Assembly: GCA_900766925.1 (NCBI GenBank)
Contig: CAAFXG010000316.1
Span: 3,735 to 67,734 of the forward strand
DNA: 64,000 nt
Source: Lachnospiraceae bacterium
Lineage (GTDB): Bacteria > Bacillota > Clostridia > Lachnospirales > Lachnospiraceae
Direction of reading: 5' to 3'
A program made the translations under genes and the position numbers. Below, in pieces: positions 1 to 9,977 of this stretch; the stretch's first letter is position 1, and each line of letters begins with the position of its first letter. A model generated the notes under the pieces. It searched no databases. It was given only the letters and a program-made list of their open reading frames with translations, and was not told where the DNA came from.

Positions 1-2
1 AT

Positions 3-629
3 CCGGCAATGGAGGATTTCGCGATAGATATCGTGATAGGTAAGGGAGCCGGTGCGCGTTCAATAAGACTTGATTTACCTAAGTTCACCTTAGTGGGTGC
101 GACAACAAGGGCAGGAATGCTTACTGCACCTTTAAGGGACAGGTTTGGTGTAGTGAACAGATTAGAGTTTTACAGTGTAATGGAGCTTATGCAAATTATA
201 ATCAGATCATCAGGAGTGCTTGGAGTTACAATTGATGATGAAGGTGCTTTAGAGATTGCAAAAAGGTCCAGAGGTACACCTAGGCTGGCTAACAGATTTT
301 TGAAACGTGTAAGGGATTTTGCTGAAATTGAACATAATGGTGTAATTGATTATGATGTTGCAAAGACGGCCCTGGACAGATTAGATGTAGATTCACAGGG
401 ACTTGATAATACGGATCGAAATATTCTGGAAACAATGATGTATAAATTTTCGGGAGGACCGGTCGGACTCGATACACTTGCCGCCGCAATCGGTGAGGAT
501 GCCGGTACGATTGAGGATGTATATGAGCCATATTTAATTAAAAATGGTTTTATTAACAGAACACCCCGTGGAAGAATCGTTACGGAACATTGTTATAAGC
601 ACTTTAATTTAGAACATTTAATGAAATAA
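3..629 (+). CDS. ruvB: Holliday junction branch migration helicase RuvB, C-terminal part (5' end outside window)
   Basis: The reading frame is open to the window edge. The translation [20 protein letters not shown]...[18 protein letters not shown]...[11 protein letters not shown] matches the RuvB AAA+ sensor and winged-helix regions. Confidence 0.9.
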   Translation, partial: PAMEDFAIDIVIGKGAGARSIRLDLPKFTLVGATTRAGMLTAPLRDRFGVVNRLEFYSVMELMQIIIRSSGVLGVTIDDEGALEIAKRSRGTPRLANRFLKRVRDFAEIEHNGVIDYDVAKTALDRLDVDSQGLDNTDRNILETMMYKFSGGPVGLDTLAAAIGEDAGTIEDVYEPYLIKNGFINRTPRGRIVTEHCYKHFNLEHLMK

Positions 630-655
630 TAATTATATAACGAAGGAGAATCATT

Positions 656-1060
656 ATGGCAAACAAAGTAGATATACCGGTAGTTATTAATGGAAAAGTA
701 TATACACTTAGTGGCTATGAAGGTGAAGATTATCTTCAGAATATTGCCACATATATTAATGGCAAAATTGCGGAATGTAAAACATCTGATCAATACAGGA
801 GAATGAATACCGAATATCAGGGAGTTCTTCTTGCACTTAATATTGCAGATGATTATTTTAAGGCTAAAAATCAAGCTGACAGTATGGTAACTGAGGATAA
901 TAATAAGGAACAGCAGTTATACGATCTCCGCCATGAGGTAATTGAGGCTCAGATTAAACAGGAATCAGCACTTAGAATGATAGAAGAGTATAAGGAACAG
1001 ATTAATGCTCTTCAACGTAAAATAATACAGCTCGAGGCTGAAAAGGGAAGAAATGATTAA
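656..1060 (+). CDS. zapA: Cell division protein ZapA-like
   Basis: 134 aa with RBS GAAGGAG 8 nt upstream. The N-terminus VVINGKVYTLSGYEGEDYLQNIATYINGKI followed by a C-terminal coiled coil is typical of ZapA. Confidence 0.7.
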   Translation: MANKVDIPVVINGKVYTLSGYEGEDYLQNIATYINGKIAECKTSDQYRRMNTEYQGVLLALNIADDYFKAKNQADSMVTEDNNKEQQLYDLRHEVIEAQIKQESALRMIEEYKEQINALQRKIIQLEAEKGRND

Positions 1061-3542
1061 TTTCAGAAAGAAACCTGAAATACTTGCACCATGCGGGTCA
1101 TATGATATACTTGTTGCCGCTATTGCGGCGGGCGCTGACGCCTGCTACATTGGCGGCAATAAATATGGTGCCCGTGCTTATGCAACCAATTTTGATACTG
1201 ATTCCATTGTCCGTGCAATTGACTATGCACATCTTCATGATGCAAAACTGTATCTCACAATTAATACTTTATTCAAACAGAATGAAATATCCGATTTATT
1301 TAATTATATAAAACCATATTATGAAGCCGGTTTAGATGCTGTAATTGTACAGGATTTAGGAGTGTTTTATGTTGTTAAGGAGCTTTTTCCTGATATAAGT
1401 ATACATTGTAGTACGCAGATGAACATTAACTCAGTTCATGGTGCAAGACTTATGTATGAACATGGTGCCCATAGAATTGTTACTGCCAGAGAAATGTCTC
1501 TTTCAGAGATTAAAACAATTAAGGATGAAATTCCTCAGCTTGAACTTGAAGCCTTTGTACATGGTGCGATGTGTTATTCATACAGCGGTCAGTGCCTTAT
1601 GAGCTCGTTTGCAGGTGGAAGAAGCGGAAACAGAGGAAGATGTGCACAACCATGCAGAAAGTGTTACGGAAAAGATTATATTTTATCCATGAAGGATATG
1701 TGTAGCCTGGAAAACATACCTGCTATCATTGATGGCGGTATAGATTCACTTAAAATTGAAGGGCGAATGAAAAATTCATATTACGTGGCTTCGGCAGTTG
1801 ATGCATATAGAACAATGCGTGATATGTATTTAAACGGAATTTTCAGTATAAAAGAGGCTGAGAAAGCTAAGAAACGACTTGCAAATGTTTATAACCGTGG
1901 CGGATTTTGTGATGGATATTTCTTCATGCATAATGGTCCGGAAATGATTTCAAGCACAAGACCAAACAACCAAGGTGTAAAAACAGGTTATCTAAAGCAG
2001 ATTAATAATGGAAGTATAGATATAAAATTATGTGAAAATCTTTATAGGGGTGATGTTTTAGAGCTTAAAACCAATAAAAATGAAATAATAGAAATCACAT
2101 CAGGAATTGATGGTAAGTGTGGAAATGTAGTAAGGTTAAATGCTCCAAAAACTAAATATTTACAAAAAAATCAGGATATATACAGGACAAAATGTCAATA
2201 TATACTCGATGAAACCCACCGCCAATTTTTATGCGACAAGGCAGCTGACAGGATAAAATTGCCACTAAGCTTCAAAATGTTTGCTAAAATTGGGGAGCCT
2301 TTTAAGGCTATTGTAAGCTGCCGTAATAATGGACGTGTTTTTTCGGCAGAGTATATATATGGAAAAGTTGAGGCCTGTAAAAATCAGACAACAGACGTAC
2401 AGAATATAATTCAAAAAATAAGCCAACTTGGCAATACGGATTATTATTTTGAAGATATAAATATATCGGTTGATAATAACGCTTTTATTCCGTTAGGAGT
2501 AATTAAACAACTGCGTCGGTCTTCAATTGACATGCTCGAGGCAGAAATTATCGATTCATATCGTCGCAGCATTACACCTTCCGGTAACAAATGCACGTCG
2601 CCGGACAGACAAGATATCAAGATTGTAAATGAACTAATAATGTCTTCGGAGGATGTGACCGTAGATAAAAAGCAGATTATATTGTCTGAAGATACGGCAG
2701 TTTATCCTGAAATTAAGATTCACATTTCTGATATGACACAACTTAAAGCAGTTATGAAATATACAAATGATGTAAAGCTTTATGGTATATATATGAGTCG
2801 CAGACTCTATGATGAGGCTCAAAAATCAGGTTATACCGATGCCTTGAAGATGAATGGTATAAAAATATACCTTGAGCTTCCGTATATAATTGACAGTGAT
2901 TTTAATCTAATGGCCTATTTGCCAAAAGATTCAATAAGTGGTATATATATAAGAAATATTGACGGATTAGCCACAATACATGATTTTTTTTCTAATTTAG
3001 AACTCGATTTTATTTGTGCCTATTCATTATACGCATATAATACTTATGCCAGAAGATTTATTGCTGATTTATTGAAGGACAGGATAATATTTGAACTTCC
3101 AAGAGAGCTCAATTTAAAAGAACTTTCTGCATCCTTTGGTATGAATGTAAAGTCAATAAATGAATTTATGATTTACGGACATCAGCAGGTTATGCTGTCT
3201 GCTCAGTGTGTACAAAAGAATAGTGACGGTTGCGACCATGCATACAATACATTAAAAATAACAGATGATAAGGGTAACAGTTTTTTTGCCAAATGCTTCT
3301 GCGATGGTTGCTTCAATGTAATATACAATAATGCAGCAACATGTATGTTTAATAAACTATATGAGATAAAACAGCTTATAAATCCGGTTTATTTTCAGCT
3401 TGAGCTTACAATTGAAGATGAAAAAGAAACAGTTAAGATTATGGAAATGCTTGTAAATGCCGTAAATAATAAAGATACATCTATGATAAATTTATCTGGT
3501 AATATGTATACAAACGGACACAACTATAGGGGAGTAGAGTGA
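1053..3542 (+). CDS. Peptidase U32 family protein (collagenase-like / Fe-S family)
   Basis: 829 aa. The N-terminal PELLAPCGS...AGADACYIGG and the Cys motif GNRGRCAQPCRKCY followed by LKIEGRMK are hallmarks of the U32 family. The start overlaps the zapA stop. Confidence 0.85.
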   Translation: MINFRKKPEILAPCGSYDILVAAIAAGADACYIGGNKYGARAYATNFDTDSIVRAIDYAHLHDAKLYLTINTLFKQNEISDLFNYIKPYYEAGLDAVIVQDLGVFYVVKELFPDISIHCSTQMNINSVHGARLMYEHGAHRIVTAREMSLSEIKTIKDEIPQLELEAFVHGAMCYSYSGQCLMSSFAGGRSGNRGRCAQPCRKCYGKDYILSMKDMCSLENIPAIIDGGIDSLKIEGRMKNSYYVASAVDAYRTMRDMYLNGIFSIKEAEKAKKRLANVYNRGGFCDGYFFMHNGPEMISSTRPNNQGVKTGYLKQINNGSIDIKLCENLYRGDVLELKTNKNEIIEITSGIDGKCGNVVRLNAPKTKYLQKNQDIYRTKCQYILDETHRQFLCDKAADRIKLPLSFKMFAKIGEPFKAIVSCRNNGRVFSAEYIYGKVEACKNQTTDVQNIIQKISQLGNTDYYFEDINISVDNNAFIPLGVIKQLRRSSIDMLEAEIIDSYRRSITPSGNKCTSPDRQDIKIVNELIMSSEDVTVDKKQIILSEDTAVYPEIKIHISDMTQLKAVMKYTNDVKLYGIYMSRRLYDEAQKSGYTDALKMNGIKIYLELPYIIDSDFNLMAYLPKDSISGIYIRNIDGLATIHDFFSNLELDFICAYSLYAYNTYARRFIADLLKDRIIFELPRELNLKELSASFGMNVKSINEFMIYGHQQVMLSAQCVQKNSDGCDHAYNTLKITDDKGNSFFAKCFCDGCFNVIYNNAATCMFNKLYEIKQLINPVYFQLELTIEDEKETVKIMEMLVNAVNNKDTSMINLSGNMYTNGHNYRGVE

Positions 3543-3543
3543 T

Positions 3544-4980
3544 ATGGTTAATATCATTTGTGAGATTTCAAAATATTTAATCATTTTATTTATGATTTTA
3601 TATACGGTAAAATGTTTTTCTATTTTGTCATCCAAGGACGAAGATAAAAAACGTAAAAAACTCAATAAACAGATTGTATATGTTTTTATCATACATTTTT
3701 TGTGCTACCTGACTCTGTACCTGAGATTGCATCAGATAAAAATTCTTATTTTTTATCTTGCACAGATATTTGTAGCGATACTTTACATGGTAATATATCA
3801 TTCCATATACAAGGAATCTTCGAGATTATTAACTAATAATACAGCCTTTATGCTGCTTATAGGTTATACTATACTTACAAGACTCGATTTTAATAATGCA
3901 GTTAAGCAGTTTGTAATGGCTACGGCAGGCCTTGTAATTTCAGCTTTTATCCCGTATATCATGCTAAAGTGGAAGAATATTAAGAATATGGGAACAGCAT
4001 ATGGAATAATAGGTTTGCTTTTCCTGCTTACTGTATTTATACCGGGAATAGGAAAGGCACAGTATGGTTCGCGGAACTGGATTCAAATAGGAAGCTTCGG
4101 AATGCAGCCTATGGAATTTGTCAAAATCATATTTGTGTTCTTTGTTGCCAGTATGCTTGTCAAGGCAATTACACTAAAGGATTTGCTTATTAATGCATTG
4201 ATATCGGCTGCATTCATGCTGGTGCTTGTGCTTGAGAAGGATCTTGGTGCTGCAGTTATCTTTTATGTAACTTATGTTTTTATGGTATATTTAGCAACCT
4301 CCAGGGTTATTTTCCTTATAAGCGGAATTTCTCTGGGGGCACTGGCAGTCAGTGCCGGGTATTTGTTGTTTAAGGATTCGTTGTTCCGGCATGTTCTGGT
4401 AAGAGTTGAAGCCTGGCAGGATCCGTTTGCACATATTGACGGTAGTGGATACCAGGTAGCCCAGTCGTTATTTGCACTTGGAACGGGAGGATACACAGGC
4501 TCGGGACTATGTATGGGTAAGGCAAATACTATTCCGGTTGCAAGCAGTGACTTCATATTCTCAGCAATTTGTGAAGAACTTGGTGTCATATTTGGTCTTG
4601 CACTTATTCTTGTTCTGGTGAGCATATTTATTTCATTTGCAAATGTAGCTATGAAATGTAGGAATCCATTTTATAAATATGTTGCATTCGGATTCGCATC
4701 AATATTTAGCATACAAACTCTGCTTAACCTTGGTGGTGTTACCAAATTCATACCTTCCACGGGTGTCACACTTCCTTTGATAAGCTATGGTGTAAGTTCT
4801 GTATTGAGTACATTAATTATATTTTCAATTGTTCAGGGAGTTTATGTAATTACAAGTAAAGAGGCGGATAAAATTGAAAAAGAAAGAGAAAGAATCATTA
4901 AACGCGAAGCCCTTGCTAACGGAGGAGGAGTTCCTGGAGAGAGAGCAACAAAGGGCAAAAAACAACAAAATAAAGAATAA
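3544..4980 (+). CDS. SEDS family glycosyltransferase (FtsW/RodA/SpoVE)
   Basis: 478 aa, polytopic. Motifs include GSRNWIQIGSFGMQPMEFVKI, SDFIFSAICEELG and TGVTLPLISYG. Confidence 0.85.
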   Translation: MVNIICEISKYLIILFMILYTVKCFSILSSKDEDKKRKKLNKQIVYVFIIHFLCYLTLYLRLHQIKILIFYLAQIFVAILYMVIYHSIYKESSRLLTNNTAFMLLIGYTILTRLDFNNAVKQFVMATAGLVISAFIPYIMLKWKNIKNMGTAYGIIGLLFLLTVFIPGIGKAQYGSRNWIQIGSFGMQPMEFVKIIFVFFVASMLVKAITLKDLLINALISAAFMLVLVLEKDLGAAVIFYVTYVFMVYLATSRVIFLISGISLGALAVSAGYLLFKDSLFRHVLVRVEAWQDPFAHIDGSGYQVAQSLFALGTGGYTGSGLCMGKANTIPVASSDFIFSAICEELGVIFGLALILVLVSIFISFANVAMKCRNPFYKYVAFGFASIFSIQTLLNLGGVTKFIPSTGVTLPLISYGVSSVLSTLIIFSIVQGVYVITSKEADKIEKERERIIKREALANGGGVPGERATKGKKQQNKE

Positions 4981-6373
4981 TCCAATACTTGTTATAACCT
5001 ATATGCTTGTGACGGTGTTTATGTGTCTCATCGGATATATTATATATTTTATGCAGTTTAAAGCAGAGGTTACAATAGCAAATACCAGGAACATTCGTCA
5101 GGATTCCTTTTCAGACGTTGTGGAACGTGGTGATATTATAACCAGTGATGGTGTAGTTGTTGCAACAAGTACAACGGATGAAGAGGGTAATACCACAAGG
5201 TCATATCCTTATGCTAATATGTTTGCACATGTTGTTGGCTATGACTCTAACGGGAAGTCCGGTCTTGAGCTTCAGGGTAATTTTTATATGCTGAGAACTC
5301 ACATCAATATGTTCGAGAGAATTTATAAGCAGATTAAGGAAAAGAAAAACAGGGGCGATAATCTGGTTACAACTATAAGCTACGATTTACAGAGCGCGGC
5401 TTATAATGCACTTTCAGGGTGTAATGGTGCAGTTGTGGTGCTTGAGCCTTCATCAGGTAAGATATTGGCTATGGTGTCCAAACCGGATTTTGATCCGAAT
5501 AATATGGACTATGTATGGTCATACCTGCAGTCAGAGGAAGGAGAAAAAAGCACATTATTATTAAATCGAGCCACACAGGGGTTATATGCACCTGGCTCTA
5601 CATTCAAAATTCTGACCATGCTTGAGTATATGCGTGAAAATACTGACTATGAAAGCTATGTATATGAATGTGCAGGAAATGCAATATTTTCAAATGTTCG
5701 AATCAGGTGTAGTAATGACCGGGTACATGGTACTGAGAATCTGGCAGACTCTCTTGCCTATTCGTGTAATCTTTCGTTTGCAAATATAGGTATGTCCCTT
5801 AATCTTGCAAGCTACAGAAAAACCGCCGATGAGCTTTTATATAACTCTGAGCTTCCTTATGATGGTGAATATAGTAAGTCATCGTTTGTATTAGATTCAG
5901 GCAGTGATAAGGATTCCGTTCCACAGACGGTAATCGGGCAGGGTGAAACGCAGATTACTCCATTGCATAATGCCATGATTATGTCAGCCATTGCCAATGG
6001 AGGTGTTTTGATGAAGCCTTATTTGATTGATTCTATTGTCAATGACGATGGAGCAAACATAAAAAGCTTTTCGAGCAAAACCTACGGTAGTCTGATTACG
6101 GTTGATGAAGCATCAGTTCTTACTGAATATATGAAGGGTGTATGTGATTATGGAACTGCATCCGGATACTTTGCAGGACTTGAATATGATGTGGCCGGTA
6201 AGACAGGAACGGCAGAGTATGATAATAATGGTAACTGTAATTCATGGTTTGTTGGATTTTCAAATCCTGACCAGCCCGATATTGTGGTGAGTGTTGTTGT
6301 TGAGGATTCAAATACAACAGGTGTTTCGGGAGTCTCCGTGGCACGACAGATATTTGACGCATACTATTATTAG
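4874..6373 (+). CDS. Class B penicillin-binding protein (transpeptidase) partnered with the upstream SEDS gene
   Basis: One N-terminal TM helix. Motifs are SxxK (APGSTFK), SxN (YSCN) and KTG (AGKTGTA). The start is uncertain: the listed start is TTG at 4874, which overlaps the SEDS gene by 107 nt. Confidence 0.8.
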   Translation: MKKKEKESLNAKPLLTEEEFLEREQQRAKNNKIKNNPILVITYMLVTVFMCLIGYIIYFMQFKAEVTIANTRNIRQDSFSDVVERGDIITSDGVVVATSTTDEEGNTTRSYPYANMFAHVVGYDSNGKSGLELQGNFYMLRTHINMFERIYKQIKEKKNRGDNLVTTISYDLQSAAYNALSGCNGAVVVLEPSSGKILAMVSKPDFDPNNMDYVWSYLQSEEGEKSTLLLNRATQGLYAPGSTFKILTMLEYMRENTDYESYVYECAGNAIFSNVRIRCSNDRVHGTENLADSLAYSCNLSFANIGMSLNLASYRKTADELLYNSELPYDGEYSKSSFVLDSGSDKDSVPQTVIGQGETQITPLHNAMIMSAIANGGVLMKPYLIDSIVNDDGANIKSFSSKTYGSLITVDEASVLTEYMKGVCDYGTASGYFAGLEYDVAGKTGTAEYDNNGNCNSWFVGFSNPDQPDIVVSVVVEDSNTTGVSGVSVARQIFDAYYY

Positions 6374-6378
6374 AATTC

Positions 6379-6407
6379 TTGCTATATTATCCAAAATCTG
6401 ATATAAT
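6379..6407 (+). promoter_or_regulatory. Sigma-A type promoter for the NUDIX gene
   Basis: TTGCTA (6379-6384), 17-nt spacer, TATAAT (6402-6407) preceded by TG. Confidence 0.5.
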
Positions 6408-6454
6408 ACCTCATGAAATGTGTACACACCAATTATTTTGCAGGAGGGATTGCA

Positions 6455-6907
6455 ATGGTTGAAGCAACAAGCTGTGGTGGTGTGGTAATCTTTAGAGGTA
6501 AGATATTATTACTTTACAAAAATTACAAAAACAAATATGAAGGATGGGTGCTTCCGAAGGGAACTGTGGAAAAGGACGAGCAGCATAACGAAACTGCCCT
6601 TCGTGAGGTTAAGGAAGAGACAGGAGTCAGTGCCCAGATAATTAAGTACGTAGGAAAAAGCAACTACACATTCAATACTTCATATGATGTGGTGAACAAG
6701 GATGTTCATTGGTATCTTATGATGGCTGATAGCTATTATAGCAAGCCTCAGAGAGAAGAGTATTTTTTGGACTCAGGTTACTACAAGTATCATGAGGCTT
6801 ATCATCTTCTTAAGTTTCCTAACGAGAAGCAGATTTTAGAGCAGGCGTATTCAGAATACACTACACTTAAACAGAATAATCTGTGGGGAAGCAAGAAATA
6901 TTTTTAA
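6455..6907 (+). CDS. NUDIX hydrolase
   Basis: Nudix box GWVLPKGTVEKDEQHNETALREVKEETG. I prefer ATG 6455 (RBS AGGAGGG 8 nt upstream) over ATG 6413, which lies only 6 nt after the predicted -10. Confidence 0.8.
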   Translation: MVEATSCGGVVIFRGKILLLYKNYKNKYEGWVLPKGTVEKDEQHNETALREVKEETGVSAQIIKYVGKSNYTFNTSYDVVNKDVHWYLMMADSYYSKPQREEYFLDSGYYKYHEAYHLLKFPNEKQILEQAYSEYTTLKQNNLWGSKKYF

Positions 6908-7024
6908 ACATGTAACTAACAGTTGTCGCACCTTGGATATTTAGATGTAAGGCTGACTGAAAATGTCGGCATTTTACTTCCTAAAATATCACAGGTGCGA
7001 CAGTTACATTTATAAGGAGAATTT

Positions 7025-7867
7025 ATGTCTAAACCCAAAAGGAAATCAAAAATTATATATGTTGTTTGTATGGTGCTTCTAATTTGTATTTTTGTCGGTT
7101 GTGCAATTTATCTGGTAAAATATTTCTGGGAAAGCCACGAGAGTGAAGAAATGTTTGATGAGTTAAAGACTCTAATCGTTGAGGATGATAGTTCCATAGA
7201 CAGAGGCAATGAAGGAAAAATCAGTTCACCGTCAGACAGCTCTTATTCAGAACAAAAGATTGAATATATTGATATTGACGGAGTGATGGTTTCAAAAAAA
7301 TTCGGGGAACTATATAAACGAAATAAGGATTTCATCGGATGGCTTACAATTAATGATACATGTATAGATTATCCGGTAATGCAAAGCATGTACGAGGAAG
7401 AATTTTATATTCATAAGGATTTTGACGGACAGTACAGTGCTGCCGGAACTCTTTTTACAGATACATCATCGTATGTTGACAAACCAAGTGATAATATATT
7501 GATTTACGGGCACAACATGAATAGTGGCAAGATGTTTCATAGTCTTATTAATTATGAGAAGGAGGACTTCTATAAGGCGCATAAATTTATTCAGTTTGAT
7601 ACAATATATGATAACGGAATATATGAAGTCATTGCGGCCTTTAGAACCCAGATATATGATGCCGGATATGAGGGATTCAAATATTATACGTTTTTTGATG
7701 CCAAAGATGAGACAGAATTTGAGGAATATATTTCAAATTGCAAAGCCTTAACACCGTATTCGATTGATGCAACTGCAACCTATGGAGATAAGCTGATCAC
7801 TTTATCTACCTGTGCATATCATACGAGTGACGGAAGATATGTTGTAGTTGCTAAGAAGATAAAATAA
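7025..7867 (+). CDS. srtB: Class B sortase
   Basis: N-terminal TM anchor. Motifs are IGWLTINDTCIDYPVMQ, catalytic His in LIYGHNM, catalytic Cys in LITLSTC, and a downstream Arg (GRYVV). Confidence 0.8.
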   Translation: MSKPKRKSKIIYVVCMVLLICIFVGCAIYLVKYFWESHESEEMFDELKTLIVEDDSSIDRGNEGKISSPSDSSYSEQKIEYIDIDGVMVSKKFGELYKRNKDFIGWLTINDTCIDYPVMQSMYEEEFYIHKDFDGQYSAAGTLFTDTSSYVDKPSDNILIYGHNMNSGKMFHSLINYEKEDFYKAHKFIQFDTIYDNGIYEVIAAFRTQIYDAGYEGFKYYTFFDAKDETEFEEYISNCKALTPYSIDATATYGDKLITLSTCAYHTSDGRYVVVAKKIK

Positions 7868-7892
7868 CAATTAAATAATCTGATAACATTTC

Positions 7893-7921
7893 TTGACAAA
7901 TATAAGCTTATATGATATAGT
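7893..7921 (+). promoter_or_regulatory. Sigma-A type promoter for tRNA-Leu
   Basis: TTGACA (7893-7898), 17-nt spacer, TATAGT (7916-7921), 12 nt before the tRNA 5' end. Confidence 0.6.
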
Positions 7922-7933
7922 TTCGTTTGTTAA

Positions 7934-8017
7934 GCCGGTGTGTCGGAATTGGCAGACGAGGCAGACTCAAAATCTGTTGATGGCAACATCGTGCGGGTTC
8001 AAGTCCCGCCACCGGCA
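7934..8017 (+). tRNA. tRNA-Leu, anticodon CAA (type II, long variable arm)
   Basis: Hand-folded cloverleaf. Acceptor GCCGGTG/CACCGGC, anticodon stem GCAGA/TCTGT with loop CTCAAAA, 15-nt variable arm (GATG/CATC), T-arm GCGGG-TTCAAGT-CCCGC, discriminator A. CCA is not encoded. Confidence 0.93.
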
Positions 8018-8020
8018 TTG

Positions 8021-8067
8021 AATGAGGAAATAGCTAGTTGATATGTCTAGGTATTTCCTCATTTTTT
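8021..8067 (+). terminator. Intrinsic terminator after tRNA-Leu
   Basis: Stem AATGAGGAAATA (8021-8032) pairs with TATTTCCTCATT (8052-8063) and runs into a T-tract. Confidence 0.8.
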
Positions 8068-8105
8068 GATTAGTTGGTTGATACCGTAATCGATAGGGGG
8101 ATAAT

Positions 8106-8828
8106 ATGCAATATACAATACTCTTACTGGAGGATGATATGGCACTTGCTATGGGAATTGAATATGCGCTTAAAGGTGAGGGATATAATGTAGTTCATGC
8201 TGCTACAATCAAACAGGCAAGAGCATGGCTTGATAATAATACTAACCTTTGTAATAAAGGTATTGCTGCTTTGTTTGATGTAATGCTGCCGGATGGAAAC
8301 AGCTTTGATTTACTTAAAGAATACCGGAGAAAGGGAATAAGCATACCAATAATATTTTTAACCGCAATTTCAGACGAAATAAATGTAGTTCAGGGATTGG
8401 ATCTCGGTGCAGATGATTATATCGCAAAGCCCTTTCGTGTTAGAGAGCTTATTTCAAGGCTTAAGGCTGTGCTTAGAAGATACGAAGTGAATGCAGACAG
8501 CATTATTACATATGGTGATTTGGTTGTTGATATGAATACCGCCAAGGTCTACAAAAAAACAGATAAAGACGAGTCGGTTTATCTTGATCTTACTGCAGGA
8601 GAATATAAAATGCTTTTATATTTCCTTCAAAATCAAGGAGTTATATTATCCAGAAATTTAATACTGGAGCATCTGTTTGATAACAATGGTAATTTTATTG
8701 ATGATAACACTTTGTCTGTTTATATTAAACGATTGAGGGAAAAGCTTGGTGACACTGACAAAAAACACCCTTATATAAAAACTGTCAGAGGAATAGGCTA
8801 TATTATGGAGAAGGAAAATGCTTATTAA
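8106..8828 (+). CDS. OmpR/PhoB-family response regulator (BceR-like)
   Basis: Receiver domain with LLEDD and the phospho-acceptor context LFDVMLPDG. C-terminal winged helix ...LSVYIKRLREKL...IKTVRGIGY. Confidence 0.9.
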   Translation: MQYTILLLEDDMALAMGIEYALKGEGYNVVHAATIKQARAWLDNNTNLCNKGIAALFDVMLPDGNSFDLLKEYRRKGISIPIIFLTAISDEINVVQGLDLGADDYIAKPFRVRELISRLKAVLRRYEVNADSIITYGDLVVDMNTAKVYKKTDKDESVYLDLTAGEYKMLLYFLQNQGVILSRNLILEHLFDNNGNFIDDNTLSVYIKRLREKLGDTDKKHPYIKTVRGIGYIMEKENAY

Positions 8829-9816
8829 TAAAGAATCAAAATTATTTACAATTGTATTTTTTATTGTATTCATTGCATCAATAATATTTGGTTACAGCAT
8901 AAATGAAGGTATCCTATATATTATATTTCAGGAAGTATTAATTATAATTATCTATATTTCAGGTATATATTCACTTAATAAAATTAATAAAGATATAGTA
9001 AATATACGTCATTTTACAGAAAAAACAGAAAATTGTTTTGAAAAATATGATGAGGGTGAAATTGGAAAATTGGCTGGCAGCATTGAAAGCGTTCGACATA
9101 AGCTGGAGGAAGCTGAACAAAGACAACGCCGTGAGAAAGAATTCCTGCGAGATATTATTTCCGATATATCACATCAGATTAAAACTCCTGTTTCAGCTCT
9201 TACGGTCTTTAATGACATTATGCTCGATGCCATAGAAGATGAAAAATTAAGAAATATACTGCTTCAATCTGAGCTGCAGCTTGAGAGAATAACCTGGCTT
9301 GTTGAAGCAATGCTTAAGCTTGCAAGAATAGAAGCAGAATCGGTCGTATTCGAGAAAAAACCCGTTGACATTAATAAGCTTTTAATATCCTGCGCCAACA
9401 TGCTGAAAATAAGAGCAGATGAGAAAAAAATTGATTTTAATATAAACGGACAGGCGATGTTATCAATTGATGAAGAATGGACTAAGGAAGCAATTATTAA
9501 TATTATGAAAAATGCAATCGATTATGGCCCGGCTAAATCTGACATTGAGATTACAATAAAACAAACACCTATATCAACTAAGCTTATTATAAAGGATTAT
9601 GGTAATGGAATTGAAGAAAAGGACAGGCTGAATATTTTTAAACGTTTTTATCGTGCAGCAACAAACGAAGTTAATCCAAACAGTGTTGGAATCGGACTTT
9701 CACTTGCAAAAAGCATAATAGAAGGGCAGGATGGCAAAATATGGGTGGAAAGCAGACATATCTCAGAATGCATAAAGGATGAACAGTCTTATACAAGCAT
9801 GGTAATAATGTTCTAG
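8818..9816 (+). CDS. Intramembrane-sensing histidine kinase (BceS-like)
   Basis: Two N-terminal TM helices with almost no external loop. H-box ISDISHQIKTP, N-box NIMKNAIDYG, G-boxes DYGNGI and GIGLSLAK. Overlaps the regulator gene by 11 nt. Confidence 0.85.
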   Translation: MLINKESKLFTIVFFIVFIASIIFGYSINEGILYIIFQEVLIIIIYISGIYSLNKINKDIVNIRHFTEKTENCFEKYDEGEIGKLAGSIESVRHKLEEAEQRQRREKEFLRDIISDISHQIKTPVSALTVFNDIMLDAIEDEKLRNILLQSELQLERITWLVEAMLKLARIEAESVVFEKKPVDINKLLISCANMLKIRADEKKIDFNINGQAMLSIDEEWTKEAIINIMKNAIDYGPAKSDIEITIKQTPISTKLIIKDYGNGIEEKDRLNIFKRFYRAATNEVNPNSVGIGLSLAKSIIEGQDGKIWVESRHISECIKDEQSYTSMVIMF

Positions 9817-9977
9817 ACCAATTAAATTCAAATAATTTGTTGAAATAATTCAATAAAAATTGTATTATATATTTGGATAATTATGGCTAAAATCAAGTTT
9901 TTTACGTTATATATTTGCTATAACGCCTTGAGTTACCTAAATAGATTGTAAATTAGAATTACACAGGGAGGTTCATA

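Noticed and set aside
6413-6454. ATG 6413 as the NUDIX start
   Set aside because: It lies 6 nt downstream of the predicted -10 hexamer and lacks an RBS. ATG 6455 has AGGAGGG upstream.
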